Shown here in pieces: positions 53,183-64,000 of a stretch of 64,000 bases of DNA. Each line of letters opens with the position of its first letter. Within the stretch, counting starts at the first letter, position 1. The notes under the pieces are model-generated. The model ran no database searches, had not been told where the DNA came from, and was given only the letters and a program-made list of their open reading frames with translations. Source of the stretch: Balanoglossus misakiensis (Eukaryota > Animalia > Hemichordata); NCBI GenBank assembly GCA_040954595.2, contig CM082593.2:5659434-5723433 (forward strand). The letters are read 5' to 3'. The translations under genes were made by a program, and so were the position numbers.

Positions 53183-54144
53183 TGGTGCTTCATAGTCAAT
53201 ATCCAACGCTGAACATTTTTCTGTCAGTGTTTTTCTTTAATCTCTTACTCATGCCAATTATACCAAAATTCAGCATTCAGTTCTTCCATTTTGGTGCATA
53301 CCACTTTGAATTCGCATTTGGTGACAATGCAAAAAATTTCACCATCATAGCTATGTTTATATGAGGTTAAGTGATGCCCAAAGTTATACTTTCAGCTGTT
53401 ACACTTCACATGTCACATGCCTTGCAGTCTCAGACGAGTATGGATTTTCAGTGAACTAATACTTTGGCAGCTGTTCGACTTTTGCTCACAGCTTGTTGCT
53501 AGGAAACCAGCGAGATGTTTTCTACATCCTGTGCGATCGTCAATTGTCTACCTCACTGAATAAAAGTAGTGAATTCCTTGCTGCTGGTGCAGAATATACA
53601 TCTGTTTACTGATGTTTGGCACTTCTAACACTGCAGATTTTTTATGTGCTTTTTGCAAGTCTTCAAGAGAAACATTTGAAAATCTAACCCCAAGGTTTTT
53701 TAAAATAAAACTTTTACCTGCGTATAAAGACTAGGCAGTACAGTGTTTTAGCTTTTTTATCTATTTCATTTATGTTGAATATAGGGGTAAAGTGTCGTGA
53801 TTGGGTCAAGTTCAAAAGAGTGTGGTAAAACTTAGTCATTTCATGCCAGTCAAAAGTTGTTTCAACACAGCTATGACAGTACAATGAACAATCAATCAGT
53901 CTGCTTCACTTCATTGATGCGTGTGTGACACTGTGTGTGTGTGGAAGTATGAATAGAAATGACAATCAATAAATTTTAATTTTTTATTTCTAATTTCCAA
54001 TGACTTCATGTGTGATATATTCCCAGATAATGATCCCGAAAGCCTTATGGTCTCATTTCGATTGAGCTATAATCTACATCTCCTCTCTGTGAGTACGAGC
54101 GCCATCTACAGTTGAAAACTAGTTAAAGGTCAAACACGGAAGAG

Positions 54145-54165
54145 GTGACCTCAGGTCACGTGACC
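54145..54165. promoter_or_regulatory. DDX21 proximal promoter: overlapping palindromes including an E-box
   Basis: GTGACCTCAGGTCAC (54145-54159) overlaps GGTCACGTGACC (54154-54165), about 95 bp upstream of the ATG. CACGTG is the MYC/USF/MiT-TFE E-box core. Confidence 0.55.
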
Positions 54166-54257
54166 GCCCTTTTCCATGTGCGTGAACTCTCTGACGTGTT
54201 TCATGTCGATCTTTCCCCGATTTTTTCGCTAAAAAATCGTCAGTTACTCTACCCCTC

Positions 54258-57200
54258 ATGCCCGCTCAAGTGGTCGAGACAATGGAGGAAGATATCAAGG
54301 ACCAGAAAATTCAATCGGACGAGGAAGTCGGCGTGAAGAAAGTGAAAAAATCGAAGAAAGATAAGGACAAGGTAGGAAAAAAATACGCGTATGATACATA
54401 TGAGGGACAATCTGTTGTGCAATTCACTGATCTTCCAGCCGGCGAGATCTTTAAGGAGATGCCAGTGGTTTCCGCCAGTAGCTCCAAATTACTCAAGACG
54501 CAATGATCTATAAGTGTAACCTTTCTTGAAAGGGTGATAGTCCGCCTGGCGTTGGACTTCGGTTGTGAATGATGAACCATAGGATCAGGCTCGTATGCAC
54601 GTGTGTGATGCATGCACACTGAAGAACCGGAAGTTGGAAGTTAACGTGGATGATCGTTGGTCGGTCCTGTTTAATGCCTGTGTTTCTACAACAGATAAAT
54701 ATAGATTGAGTATATATTGTGGCATTCCTCTCACTAGAAACCAAAGAAAGACAAAAAAGACAAAAAGAGCAAGAAAAGAAAACTTGAAGATGACGAAGAA
54801 ACAGCAGTAGTCAAAACAAAAAAGAAGAAAGTGAAATCCGAGGAGAAAACTTCAAGTAAACCGGAAGAGGAAAATGGAACAAGTGTTGAGAGTAACCACG
54901 ACAACAAAGTTGCAGTTACCAATGGCAACAGTGATAGCACAGATGAGGATGAGGTATGCAACAGGTTATTAAAATGAGAAATATGGTTCTTTTGTCTGTG
55001 TTAGCAGACAAGACAGAATATGGCATGAATGTAATTTCTATTCCTGTATTTCTCTTACTTTTCTGCTCACAGCAATTATCACAGAAGGAGAGAGATGGGG
55101 CATTCAAAAAATTCAGATTGTCAGACAAGACAGTCAAGTTGTTGAGAGGTAAGATAAGATTGCAAAGAAATATTTTGGGGTTTATTCTGACATATGTTGA
55201 TGGGTTAAACCTGTATTGAAGTAAAACCTGTATTGAAGTTGATGAAATTTAATATTCTCGGTATACATGGACACTGATTCTGATCGTAACACATTTTTTA
55301 TTGCTCCAGACCGTGGTGTGACGTATTTATTCCCCATACAAGCCAAAACCTTTGACTATGTCTATGACGGCGATGACGTCATAGCCCAGGCTAGGACCGG
55401 CACAGGCAAGACGCTGGCGTTTGCCCTGCCCCTGATCGAGAATCTGCAAAATGTGGAACCCAGGGGAGGGCGCCCTCCCAAGGTGTTGGTGATGGCACCA
55501 ACCAGAGAGCTTGCAAAACAGGTGAGTTTTGCGACAAGGAATTCTTTCCTGCTCAAGATGATTTTTCTAGAATGGTCAATTGGTGGCTGGTATAAAAGCT
55601 GCCAAGTTGTCATTCTGATGGTCGTATATTTTCCCACTGCAGATTTTGTCGGGTATAATGAATGCTAGTGTGTATATGTGTGATTTGTGATTTTCATGAC
55701 AATACCCTTATAGTTTGTGTTGAAAATTTAATTCAGTTGCTGTTTATGTATTCCTCATTTACTAAAACTTCCGTATTAAAGGGTAAGGAATTTCATAAGA
55801 CAGACATTTTCAACCCAAATGCATACATGACACTAATTCACCTTTTCTGTTCCCCTCCAAGGTCTGTGAAGACTTTGAGTCGATGGGTCCGTACTTGTCA
55901 ACTGTCTGCATATACGGAGGCACAGCGTATTGGCCACAAGAATCGGCCATCAGGCGCGGTGTTGACGTCGTCGTCGGCACTCCGGGAAGAATTCTGGATT
56001 ACGTCAGGAAGAACACCTTGAACCTGAGTCAGTTGAAACACGTCGTCCTAGATGAAGTTGATCGAATGTTGGACATGGGATTTACCGAAAGTGTGGAGGA
56101 AATATTATCAGCTGCATACAATCTAGGTAAGGCTAATTCATTGAAATGTCTTGTACAAAATGTAGTCAGTCATATTCTGCTAGCAACTGATCATTATATT
56201 TCTTCACAATCTAAATTGTTCATAGAGTTAATCTTTCTGCATCTACCATTTCTTTTAGATAGGAAGGCTTACTACAAATTTGATAAAAACTTACAGAAGT
56301 GTTGTCAGCTTAAATCAAAATTCAAATTTTCTTTACTTGAAAATATTGTTTTTAAATTGTTTGTATGTAGATGACGCTGGGGCTACCAATCCACAGACGT
56401 TGTTGTTCACTGCCACATTGCCTGACTGGGTCTACAAGACTTCTCAGAAGTACATGAAACCCAACACCAAACGAGTGGATTTGATTGGTCAACAGAGAAT
56501 GAAGGCTGCCACCACAGTTGAGGTGAGTGTGCATGGTTAACTATCCGACGTGCAATGCATTTTGGGCCAGGAGGAAAATTGGGGTCTTTACTCCTTATTG
56601 TGATATTTTGGCTTTTGAATGACATTGTAGCCGATATACGCCATGTTAGACAGGTTATGTCAGTTTCCTTTCATGTAAAATTTTTAAAGATGACTGTTTT
56701 ACTATCGTTATTGAAAGCACTTTGGATGAAAACTAACTACGTCACTTTCTGTTTGTTACTGACAGCACTTGGCCATCAGATGTCACTACAAAGAGAGGGC
56801 AGCGACTATGAGTGACGTGGTTCAGGTGTACAGTGGCAAACATGGCCGCTGTATGATCTTCTGTGAAACCAAGAAGGAAGCCAACGAATTGGCCGTCAAT
56901 TCCGGCATTCGGGTCGACGTTCAAGTACTCCATGGCGACATCGCGCAGAACCAGAGAGAAATTACACTTCAGGTAATTGTTTTTTTCATTCTATCTGGGA
57001 AGTGAAACACCTCAAGTCCCTGAAAATATTTCTTGTGAAATTTCACTTTCATGGTTGTATTGTAGAGGCCATTGTGAGTCGGTTTTCAAAATGCTAACTA
57101 CACAACTTGTGATGATGTCACCATTTTTGATGAGATGCACACTCAGATTGTGATAATGACAATCCTGTGTGCCTTTGGATAGCATCTGTTACAAAGCAGG

Positions 57201-59250
57201 AATTCATCTCCAAGTCAATCTTTCCCTTGCAGTGTTAGAAGTGAAATGACAATAACCATTTAAATCTGTGATTGTTGCAGGGATTTCGTGATGGAAAATT
57301 CCGTTGTTTGATAGCGACAGATGTCGCCGCCCGGGGTCTGGATATTGCAGAAGTTGATTTGGTTGTGATGTGTGAACCTCCTAAGGTAGGATTTTGTTCT
57401 TTTGCCGAGTGAATGTTAAACAGTTCTGTATATCATATCTTAATGAAGTTGTTCAGTTTAGATAGAGTTTACTGCATAACAACTATTTTTTGAAATCTGA
57501 AACAGAATTTTTTCGTTGAATGCTTGTTCCATGGTGAACGTTTTCTCATCTATGATTCACAGGATTTGGAGTCGTACATTCATCGGTCGGGTCGTACGGG
57601 TCGAGCAGGAAGAACTGGTGTCTCTGTGTGTTTTTACAAACCAAACGAAGAATATCTTCTGAAACTGGTCGAGAGACGAGCTGTGAGTGAACTTTGTTTT
57701 TATCGTCTCAGTTTCCATTTTGATGAAAACTGTCGTGTGTGAACTAAGGTGTGGATTGCTTCTTGGATCTCAACAGTGATAATTTTACATTGGTAAACCA
57801 AATTCAGCTTCAACATCTTGCAGTAAGTTTTGTACTCGGTAGCATCAGAAACAAGTAATGTAGTCTCATCTCAAGATGGCGTTGTGACCTTTGACCTTAC
57901 CCATTCGGCCAATGATAAATCCTGTCATTTGTTCTGTAGGGAGTCAAGTTCAAGCGAGTGGGGGCACCACAACCGAAAGACATCATAGAGTCATCAAGCA
58001 GCGATGCTATCAAGTAAGTGTCAACTTGTGTCTACAGCTTGTATCTCTGATGATATTTGCTCTCCCCAGTTTGTCTGTGCATCAACTGCACTAATTTGGC
58101 GTGGCACTGACATAAGACAATTCATCAGAGTTTTCATGACCTGCTTGTAATATATTCAATGTTTACGTGCCTTTTTCAGGAGTTTAGACACGGTACCGCA
58201 GAGCGCCGTCGAACAGTTCCGGGGCATAGCAGAGAAGCTGATAGAAGAGAAAGGCGCGGTTGAAGTCTTGGCCGCCGCGTTGGCCCACATGTCCGGAGCT
58301 ACTGACGTCATGTCCAGATCGTTGCTCAACTCAGAACAGGTAAGGCAGATAGGAACAGATTTGAGAAAATGATTTATATTTTGCAAGTAACTTGCATGTA
58401 CAAATAAAGTGTTAGCTGTTCGGAATTAATATTGGACAAACTCGCTCATAAAGACATACCCACACACCTCATGTTCTAGCTACCACATCCTTAATTTTTT
58501 TCTCCCGTTTCCAGGGTTACACCACGTTTATATTCACGTGTCAGCAAGAAATGAGAACGGTCTCCTACGCGTGGTCAGCATTAGGGAACCAGGTGCCGGA
58601 GTCAGTCAGGCAAGCCATCAAGGGAATGAAAATGTGCGCCAACAAGAAAGGGGCTGCCTTCGATGTTCCTAACGACAAGATTGAAGAATTGCAGGTATTG
58701 TTGGTTTTGCACTCAGTTCTTGTGTGTGTTTTATTCGACAAGAAAATGTGTTGCATTACGATTATGAGATGATGGCAGAATATGGCAGGGATGAAAAATT
58801 ACTTTGTTTTCAAAAGTTCACTCATGTGAAGCAGTTGGATTATGCCTTTGAATTCATATATTATGAAATATCTACAAAACATTTTTCTGGTGAGAGAGTC
58901 CTTTATCCGTTAATAGTCACCAAACCATGTGATAAATATCTATATTTGAACAAAGGAAAACCCAATGTTGAACAAAGGTAGGTTTTGTAGTAATAAAATA
59001 GGAAAGTTAACATTCTGTTTTGTTTTTGTTTCCATAGAAAAACTGGGTCGACAAGTGGGGGTGCGCCTTGGAGGAAGCAGTGTCCCTGCCGGATCTCGTG
59101 GACAGTGGCCCTCCCCCTCCCAGAAATGGATACGGAAGAGGAGGAGGGTTCCGTGGGGGTCGTGGGCGATTCCGAGGGGGAATAACGCGTCGGGATAGAC
59201 CCTATGGTGGAAGTTCAAACTTCAAAAACAACAATTTCTTCAGAAAGTGA
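54258..59250 (+). CDS. DDX21: Nucleolar DEAD-box RNA helicase DDX21/DDX50 family, 13 exons, ~697 aa
   Basis: Exons 54258-54371, 54738-54953, 55073-55148, 55310-55521, 55862-56126, 56371-56522, 56766-56972, 57281-57385, 57563-57682, 57940-58013, 58180-58339, 58515-58694, 59038-59250 (2094 nt). K/E-rich N-terminus, [55 protein letters not shown]-like region, RGG tail. Confidence 0.96.
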
Positions 59251-59770
59251 ACACGGACTTTTTCAATCTAAAACCATGGTCATATTACCTCACCAACATG
59301 TCTGTTATTTATTATGTTCATTTTAATATAATGACATGTTGGAACTTAGGGTAAATAATGGGGGTTACTGTATAATATCACTTGAGAGTTTTAGAAAAAT
59401 TACCCAACTGTACTGCACAGAAAATCTTGTTCTCTTGTCGAATTGAGAATGCCCCTCACTGTTTCTATGGCGATTTAAAAATAAGTGAAATGTCAACTTT
59501 TACTCCATAAATGATGGTATGTAACAGACGTTGCCATGGCAGTTTTATGAATATTGTAACTAATTAAATGACAATGCGTAACAGATACCTGTCTTGTTTT
59601 CTTTGTATTTCCATTGTCCACATTTGTCGGTCGACATCAAAAACTTGAAAACCGCTGCACATTTTATCTTGACCACAACACGGTTACTAGAAAAGTAACC
59701 GTGAGTCCACAGGTAATGATTTGTATAAATCCAGCTGTGTTCATGCAGGAGACAGCCGATCATGGATTTG

Positions 59771-61328
59771 GGAATTATCAAAATTTCTTCATATTTGGCG
59801 AAAAATCATGGGTTATAGCTCATGAAAATCATCCAAAAATGAGAATTTTTCGACTTTGCGGAATTTCAAAATTTGGCCGATTTTTGAAAAAATCATGGGT
59901 TATAGCTCATGAAAATCATCCAGAAATGTCAATTTTTCGACTTTGCGGAATTTCAAAATTTCGCCGATTTTTGAAAAAATCATGGGTTATAGCTCATGAA
60001 AATCATCCAAAAATGAGAATTTTTCGACTTTCCGAAATTTCAAAATTTGGCCGATTTTTGAAAAAATCATGGGTTATAGCTCATGAAAATCATCCAAAAA
60101 TGACAATTTTTCGACTTTGCGGAATTTCAAAATTTGGCCGATTTTTGAAAAAATCATGGGTTATAGCTCATGAAAATCATCCAAAAATGACAATTTTTCG
60201 ACTTTGCGGAATTTCAAAATTTGGCCGATTTTTGAAAAAATCATGGGTTATAGCTCATGAAAATCATCCAAAAATGAGAATTTTTCGACTTTGCGGAATT
60301 TGAAAATTTGGCCGGTTTTTGAAAAAATCATGGGTTATAGCTCATGAAAATCATCCAAAAATGACAATTTTTCGACTTTGCGGAATTTCAAAATTTGGCC
60401 GATTTTTGAAAAAATCATGGGTTATAGCTCATGAAAATCATCCAAAAATGACAATTTTTCGACTTTGCGGAATTTCAAAATTTGGCCGATTTTTGAAAAA
60501 ATCATGGGTTATAGCTCATGAAAATCATCCAAAAATGAGAATTTTTCGACTTTGCGGAATTTGAAAATTTGGCCGATTTTTGAAAAAATCATGGGTTATA
60601 GCTCATGAAAATCATCCAAAAATGACAATTTTTCGACTTTGCGGAATTTCAAAATTTGGCCGATTTTTGAAAAAATCATGGGTTATAGCTCATGAAAATC
60701 ATCCAAAAATGACAATTTTTCGACTTTGCGGAATTTCAAAATTTGGCCGATTTTTGAAAAAATCATGGGTTATAGCTCATGAAAATCATCCAAAAATGAG
60801 AATTTTTCGACTTTGCGGAATTTCAAAATTTGGCCGATTTTTGAAAAAATCATGGGTTATAGCTCATGAAAATCATCCAAAAATGACAATTTTTCGACTT
60901 TGCGGAATTTCAAAATTTCGCCGATTTTTGAAAAAATCATGGGTTATAGCTCATGAAAATCATCCAAAAATGAGAATTTTTCGACTTTCCGAAATTTCAA
61001 AATTTGGCCGATTTTTGAAAAAATCATGGGTTATAGCTCATGAAAATCATCCAAAAATGACAATTTTTCGACTTTGCGGAATTTCAAAATTTGGCCGATT
61101 TTTGAAAAAATCATGGGTTATAGCTCATGAAAATCATCCAAAAATGACAATTTTTCGACTTTGCGGAATTTCAAAATTTGGCCGATTTTTGAAAAAATCA
61201 TGGGTTATAGCTCATGAAAATCATCCAAAAATGAGAATTTTTCGACTTTGCGGAATTTGAAAATTTGGCCGGTTTTTGAAAAAATCATGGGTTATAATAG
61301 CTCATGAAAATCATCCAAAAATGAGAAT
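59771..61328 (+). repeat. Satellite array, 87-bp monomer (type A), ~18 copies
   Basis: Consensus AAAAATCATGGGTTATAGCTCATGAAAATCATCCAAAAATGACAATTTTTCGACTTTGCGGAATTTCAAAATTTGGCCGATTTTTGA; it appears as a 29-aa periodicity in the ORF track; the first monomer is degenerate. Confidence 0.97.
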
Positions 61329-64000
61329 CGGCCAAATTTTGAAATTCCGCAAAGTCGAAAAATTGTCATTTTTGGATGATTTTCATGAGCTATAACCCAT
61401 GATTTTTTCAAAAATCGGCGAAATTTTCAAATTCCTCAAAGTCGAAAAACTCTCACTTTTGGATGATTTTCATGAGCTTTTATAACCCATGATTTTTTCA
61501 AAAATCGGCCAAATTTTCAAATTCCGCAAAGTCGAAAAATTCTCATTTTTGGATGATTTTCATGAGCTATAACCCATGATTTTTTTCAAAAATCGGCGAA
61601 ATTTTGAAATTCCGCAAAGTCAAAAAATGGACATGAGCTATAACCCATGGTTTTTGTCGAAAAACCACCAAATTTTGAAATTTCGCGAAGTCGAAAAATT
61701 GACATTTCTTGACGATTTTCATGAGCTATAACCCATGGTTTTTGTCGAAAAACCACCAAATATTGAAATTTCGCGAAGTCGAAAAATTGATATTTCTGGA
61801 CGATTTTCATGAGCTATAACCCATGGTTTTTGTCGAAAAACCACCAAATTTTGAAATTCCGCAAAGTCGAAAAATTGTCATTTTTGGATGATTTTCATGA
61901 GCTATAACCCATGATTTTTTCAAAAATAGGCCAAATTTTGAAATTCCGCAAAGTCGAAAAATTGTCATTTCTGGGTGATTTTCATGAGCTATAACCCATG
62001 GTTTTTGTCGAAAAACCACCAAATTTCGGAATTTCGCGAAGTCGAAAAATTGAAATTTCTGGGTGATTTTCATGAGCTATAACCCACGGTTTTTGTCGAA
62101 AAACCACCAAATTTTGAAATTTCGCGAAGTCGAAAAATTGACATTTCTGGGTGATTTTCATGAGCTATAACCCATGGTTTTTGTCGAAAAACCACCAAAT
62201 TTTGAAATTTCGCGAAGTCGAAAAATTGACATTTCTGGGTGATTTTCATGAGCTATAACCCATGGTTTTTGTCGAAAAACCACCAAATTTTGAAATTTCG
62301 CGAAGTCGAAAAATTGTCATTTCTGGGTGATTTTCATGAGCTATAACCCATGGTTTTTGTCGAAAAACCACCAAATTTTGAAATTCCGCAGAGTCGAAAA
62401 ATTGACATTTCTGGGTGATTTTCATAAGCTATAACCCATGGTTTTTGTCGAAAAACCACCAAATATTGAAATTTCGCGAAGTCGAAAAATTGACATTTCT
62501 GGACGATTTTCATGAGCTATAACCCATGGTTTTTGTCGAAAAACCACCAAATTTTGAAATTCCGCAAAGTCGAAAAATTGTCATTTTTGGACGATTTTCA
62601 TGAGCTATAACCCATGGTTTTTGTCTAAAAACCACCAAATTTTGAAATTTCGCGAAGTCGAAAAATTGTCATTTCTGGGTGATTTTCATGAGCTATAACC
62701 CATGGTTTTTGTCGAAAAACCACCAAATTTTGAAATTCCGCAAAGTCGAAAAATTGTCATTTTTGGACGATTTTCATGAGCTATAACCCATGGTTTTTGT
62801 CTAAAAACCACCAAATTTTGAAATTCCGCAAAGTCGAAAAATTGACATTTCTGGGTGATTTTCATGAGCTATAACCCATGGTTTTTGTCGAAAAACCACC
62901 AAATTTTGAAATTCCGCAAAGTCGAAAAATTGACATTTCTGGGTGATTTTCATGAGCTATAACCCATGGTTTTTGTCGAAAAACCACCAAATTTTGAAAT
63001 TTCGCGAAGTCAAAAAATTGACATTTCTGGGTGACTTTCATGAGCTATAACCCATGGTTTTTGTCGAAAAACCACCAAATTTTGAAATTCCGCAGAGTCG
63101 AAAAATTGAAATTTCTGGGTGATTTTCATGAGCTATAACCCACGGTTTTTGTCGAAAAACCACCAAATTTTGAAATTTCGCGAAGTCGAAAAATTGACAT
63201 TTCTGGGTGATTTTCATGAGCTATAACCCATGGTTTTTGTCGAAAAACCACCAAATTTTGAAATTTCGCGAAGTCGAAAAATTGACATTTCTGGGTGATT
63301 TTCATGAGCTATAACCCATGGTTTTTGTCGAAAAACCACCAAATTTTGAAATTTCGCGAAGTCGAAAAATTGTCATTTCTGGGTGATTTTCATGAGCTAT
63401 AACCCATGGTTTTTGTCGAAAAACCACCAAATTTTGAAATTCCGCAGAGTCGAAAAATTGACATTTCTGGGTGATTTTCATAAGCTATAACCCATGGTTT
63501 TTGTCGAAAAACCACCAAATATTGAAATTTCGCGAAGTCGAAAAATTGACATTTCTGGACGATTTTCATGAGCTATAACCCATGGTTTTTGTCGAAAAAC
63601 CACCAAATTTTGAAATTCCGCAAAGTCGAAAAATTGTCATTTTTGGACGATTTTCATGAGCTATAACCCATGGTTTTTGTCTAAAAACCACCAAATTTTG
63701 AAATTTCGCGAAGTCGAAAAATTGTCATTTCTGGGTGATTTTCATGAGCTATAACCCATGGTTTTTGTCGAAAAACCACCAAATTTTGAAATTCCGCAAA
63801 GTCGAAAAATTGTCATTTTTGGACGATTTTCATGAGCTATAACCCATGGTTTTTGTCTAAAAACCACCAAATTTTGAAATTCCGCAAAGTCGAAAAATTG
63901 ACATTTCTGGGTGATTTTCATGAGCTATAACCCATGGTTTTTGTCGAAAAACCACCAAATTTTGAAATTCCGCAAAGTCGAAAAATTGACATTTCTGGGT
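61326..64000 (-). repeat. Same satellite family in inverted orientation: ~3.5 type-A (87 bp) monomers, then mainly 88-bp type-B monomers, running off the window
   Basis: Type B on the + strand: GAGCTATAACCCATGGTTTTTGTCGAAAAACCACCAAATTTTGAAATTTCGCGAAGTCGAAAAATTGACATTTCTGGGTGATTTTCAT; period 88 (for example CATGAG at 62071 and 62159). Confidence 0.97.

Noticed and set aside
58860-58940. AAACCAT motif in the last DDX21 intron resembling U17/snR30 m2
   Set aside because: No intact m1 (ATATTCCTA) and no ACA box at the expected position.
59614-61260. 229-aa and 226-aa ORFs made of a 29-aa repeat (KKSWVIAHENHPKMTIFRLCGISKFGRFL)
   Set aside because: A by-product of an 87-bp (3n) monomer. Variants introduce TGA stops, and the related 88-bp subfamily breaks the frame, so there is no sign of coding constraint.
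59771-64000. CRISPR-like array, or a CENP-B box in the repeat
   Set aside because: There are no unique spacers (it is a pure tandem satellite in a eukaryote). TTCGACTTTGCGGA shares only TTCG with the CENP-B box and lacks the A and CGGG positions.

Overview
Gene-dense eukaryotic (metazoan) genomic DNA with short GT-AG introns. An invertebrate deuterostome such as a hemichordate is my guess, not something shown. I reconstructed nine spliced genes by hand; every exon set sums to a multiple of 3 and ends in a stop. In order: CNOT6/CCR4 (-), MRPL1 (+), DNAJC12 (-), LRPAP1/RAP (+), a SAM-less SMSr-like sphingolipid synthase (-), an LRRC74-like LRR + EF-hand protein (+), two tandem IPMK paralogues (+,+) and DDX21/50 (+). 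About 520 bp after the DDX21 stop an 87/88-bp satellite array begins and runs off the window. It has a fold-back inversion at about 61327 and two different higher-order repeats (11 x 87 = 957 bp and 12 x 88 = 1056 bp). Also present are a family of ~90-bp piggyBac-like MITEs, one TA-flanked MITE and several microsatellites. Most notable: (1) the sphingolipid synthase has Gly at the head-group selectivity position (HGHY) and an altered D3 motif; (2) both IPMK copies keep a U12-type minor intron while their substrate-binding regions have diverged; (3) the inverted, HOR-structured satellite directly abuts a housekeeping gene; (4) the CNOT6-MRPL1 head-to-head pair matches the human CNOT6L-MRPL1 arrangement. 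No rRNA, tRNA or CRISPR array was seen.
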